A DNA stretch of 63,715 bases, the filler included, from Polymyxa betae A26-41 (Eukaryota; Protista; Endomyxa: Phytomyxea): NCBI GenBank assembly GCA_003693705.1. It is 4 parts of 4 records of this genome, joined end to end, with 100 filler letters (N's around TTAATTAATTAA, not from the genome) between each part and the next. Parts side by side here need not be neighbours in the genome. Positions count along the whole stretch, not along the records: positions 60,220 to 63,715 come from RBZT01000888.1; 3 more parts are not named here. One strand, given 5' to 3'. Within the stretch, counting starts at the first letter, position 1. Each line of letters starts with the position of its first letter. The notes under the pieces were generated by a model that was not told where the DNA came from, made no database searches, and was given only the letters and a program-made list of their open reading frames with translations. Positions 63,483 through 63,715 of the stretch are shown here, in pieces. Position numbers and translations under genes: made by a program.

Positions 63483-63715
63483 ATTGATATTTTTCTGCAA
63501 AAGTTTGCTAGAGTCGAAAGTCTGTGAAACAGTTTGAGGGACGTTTTATTGGGCTTCGAAAAGTTTGCAGGATCTTTATCAATGACTGTTTGCACCCGGA
63601 GGCTCCCCTGAATTTTTGAGTGAAAAGTCTGTCACTCACAGACTTTTAAAGCCTTTTGCGAACATCTTTAATGTGTCAAAATTTTAATATCCAAATTCAG
63701 AGTTTCATGAACCTC

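Larger units (their letters stand above)
61337..63667 (+). mobile_element. Complete PIF/Harbinger DNA transposon (about 2.3 kb) inserted in the Gypsy protease region
   Basis: Imperfect TIRs AGGTGTCCGCAAA / TTTGCGAACATCT flanked by TAA and TTA; two convergent genes; protease-like coding resumes after 63670. Confidence 0.8.

Overview
Eukaryotic nuclear DNA with short GT-AG introns, a tRNA-Ile(AAT) and TTT(T)AGGG telomere-like motifs. A plasmodiophorid/Phytomyxea-like parasite is my inference from gene style and motif content, not something the sequence proves. The window is stitched from several contigs (N gaps, three with a TTAATTAATTAA linker). A housekeeping core at about 11.9-33 kb holds a DUG2-like WD40+M20 gene, mitochondrial uS5, PA28, a VPS9 GEF, two tandem BTB genes and a PPP phosphatase fragment. 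It is flanked by repeat-rich, decaying accessory DNA. That DNA carries candidate secreted effectors (helical protein, split C4C4 RING, SP-F-box-ankyrin protein with an unrecognised Cys-rich repeat, alpha-carbonic anhydrase) and a catalytically degenerate DXO/Rai1. Mobile elements include a full-length Crypton tyrosine-recombinase element with a 141-bp miniature partner, four RNase H-LINE 3' fragments, a Tourist-like MITE, an in-frame Gypsy-Copia chimeric ORF and a complete two-gene PIF/Harbinger nested in a Gypsy. Best leads: the Crypton/mini-Crypton cis-site system, the secreted ubiquitin-ligase-like proteins with the new repeat domain, telomeric repeats at intron 3' ends, and the Gypsy-Copia fusion.
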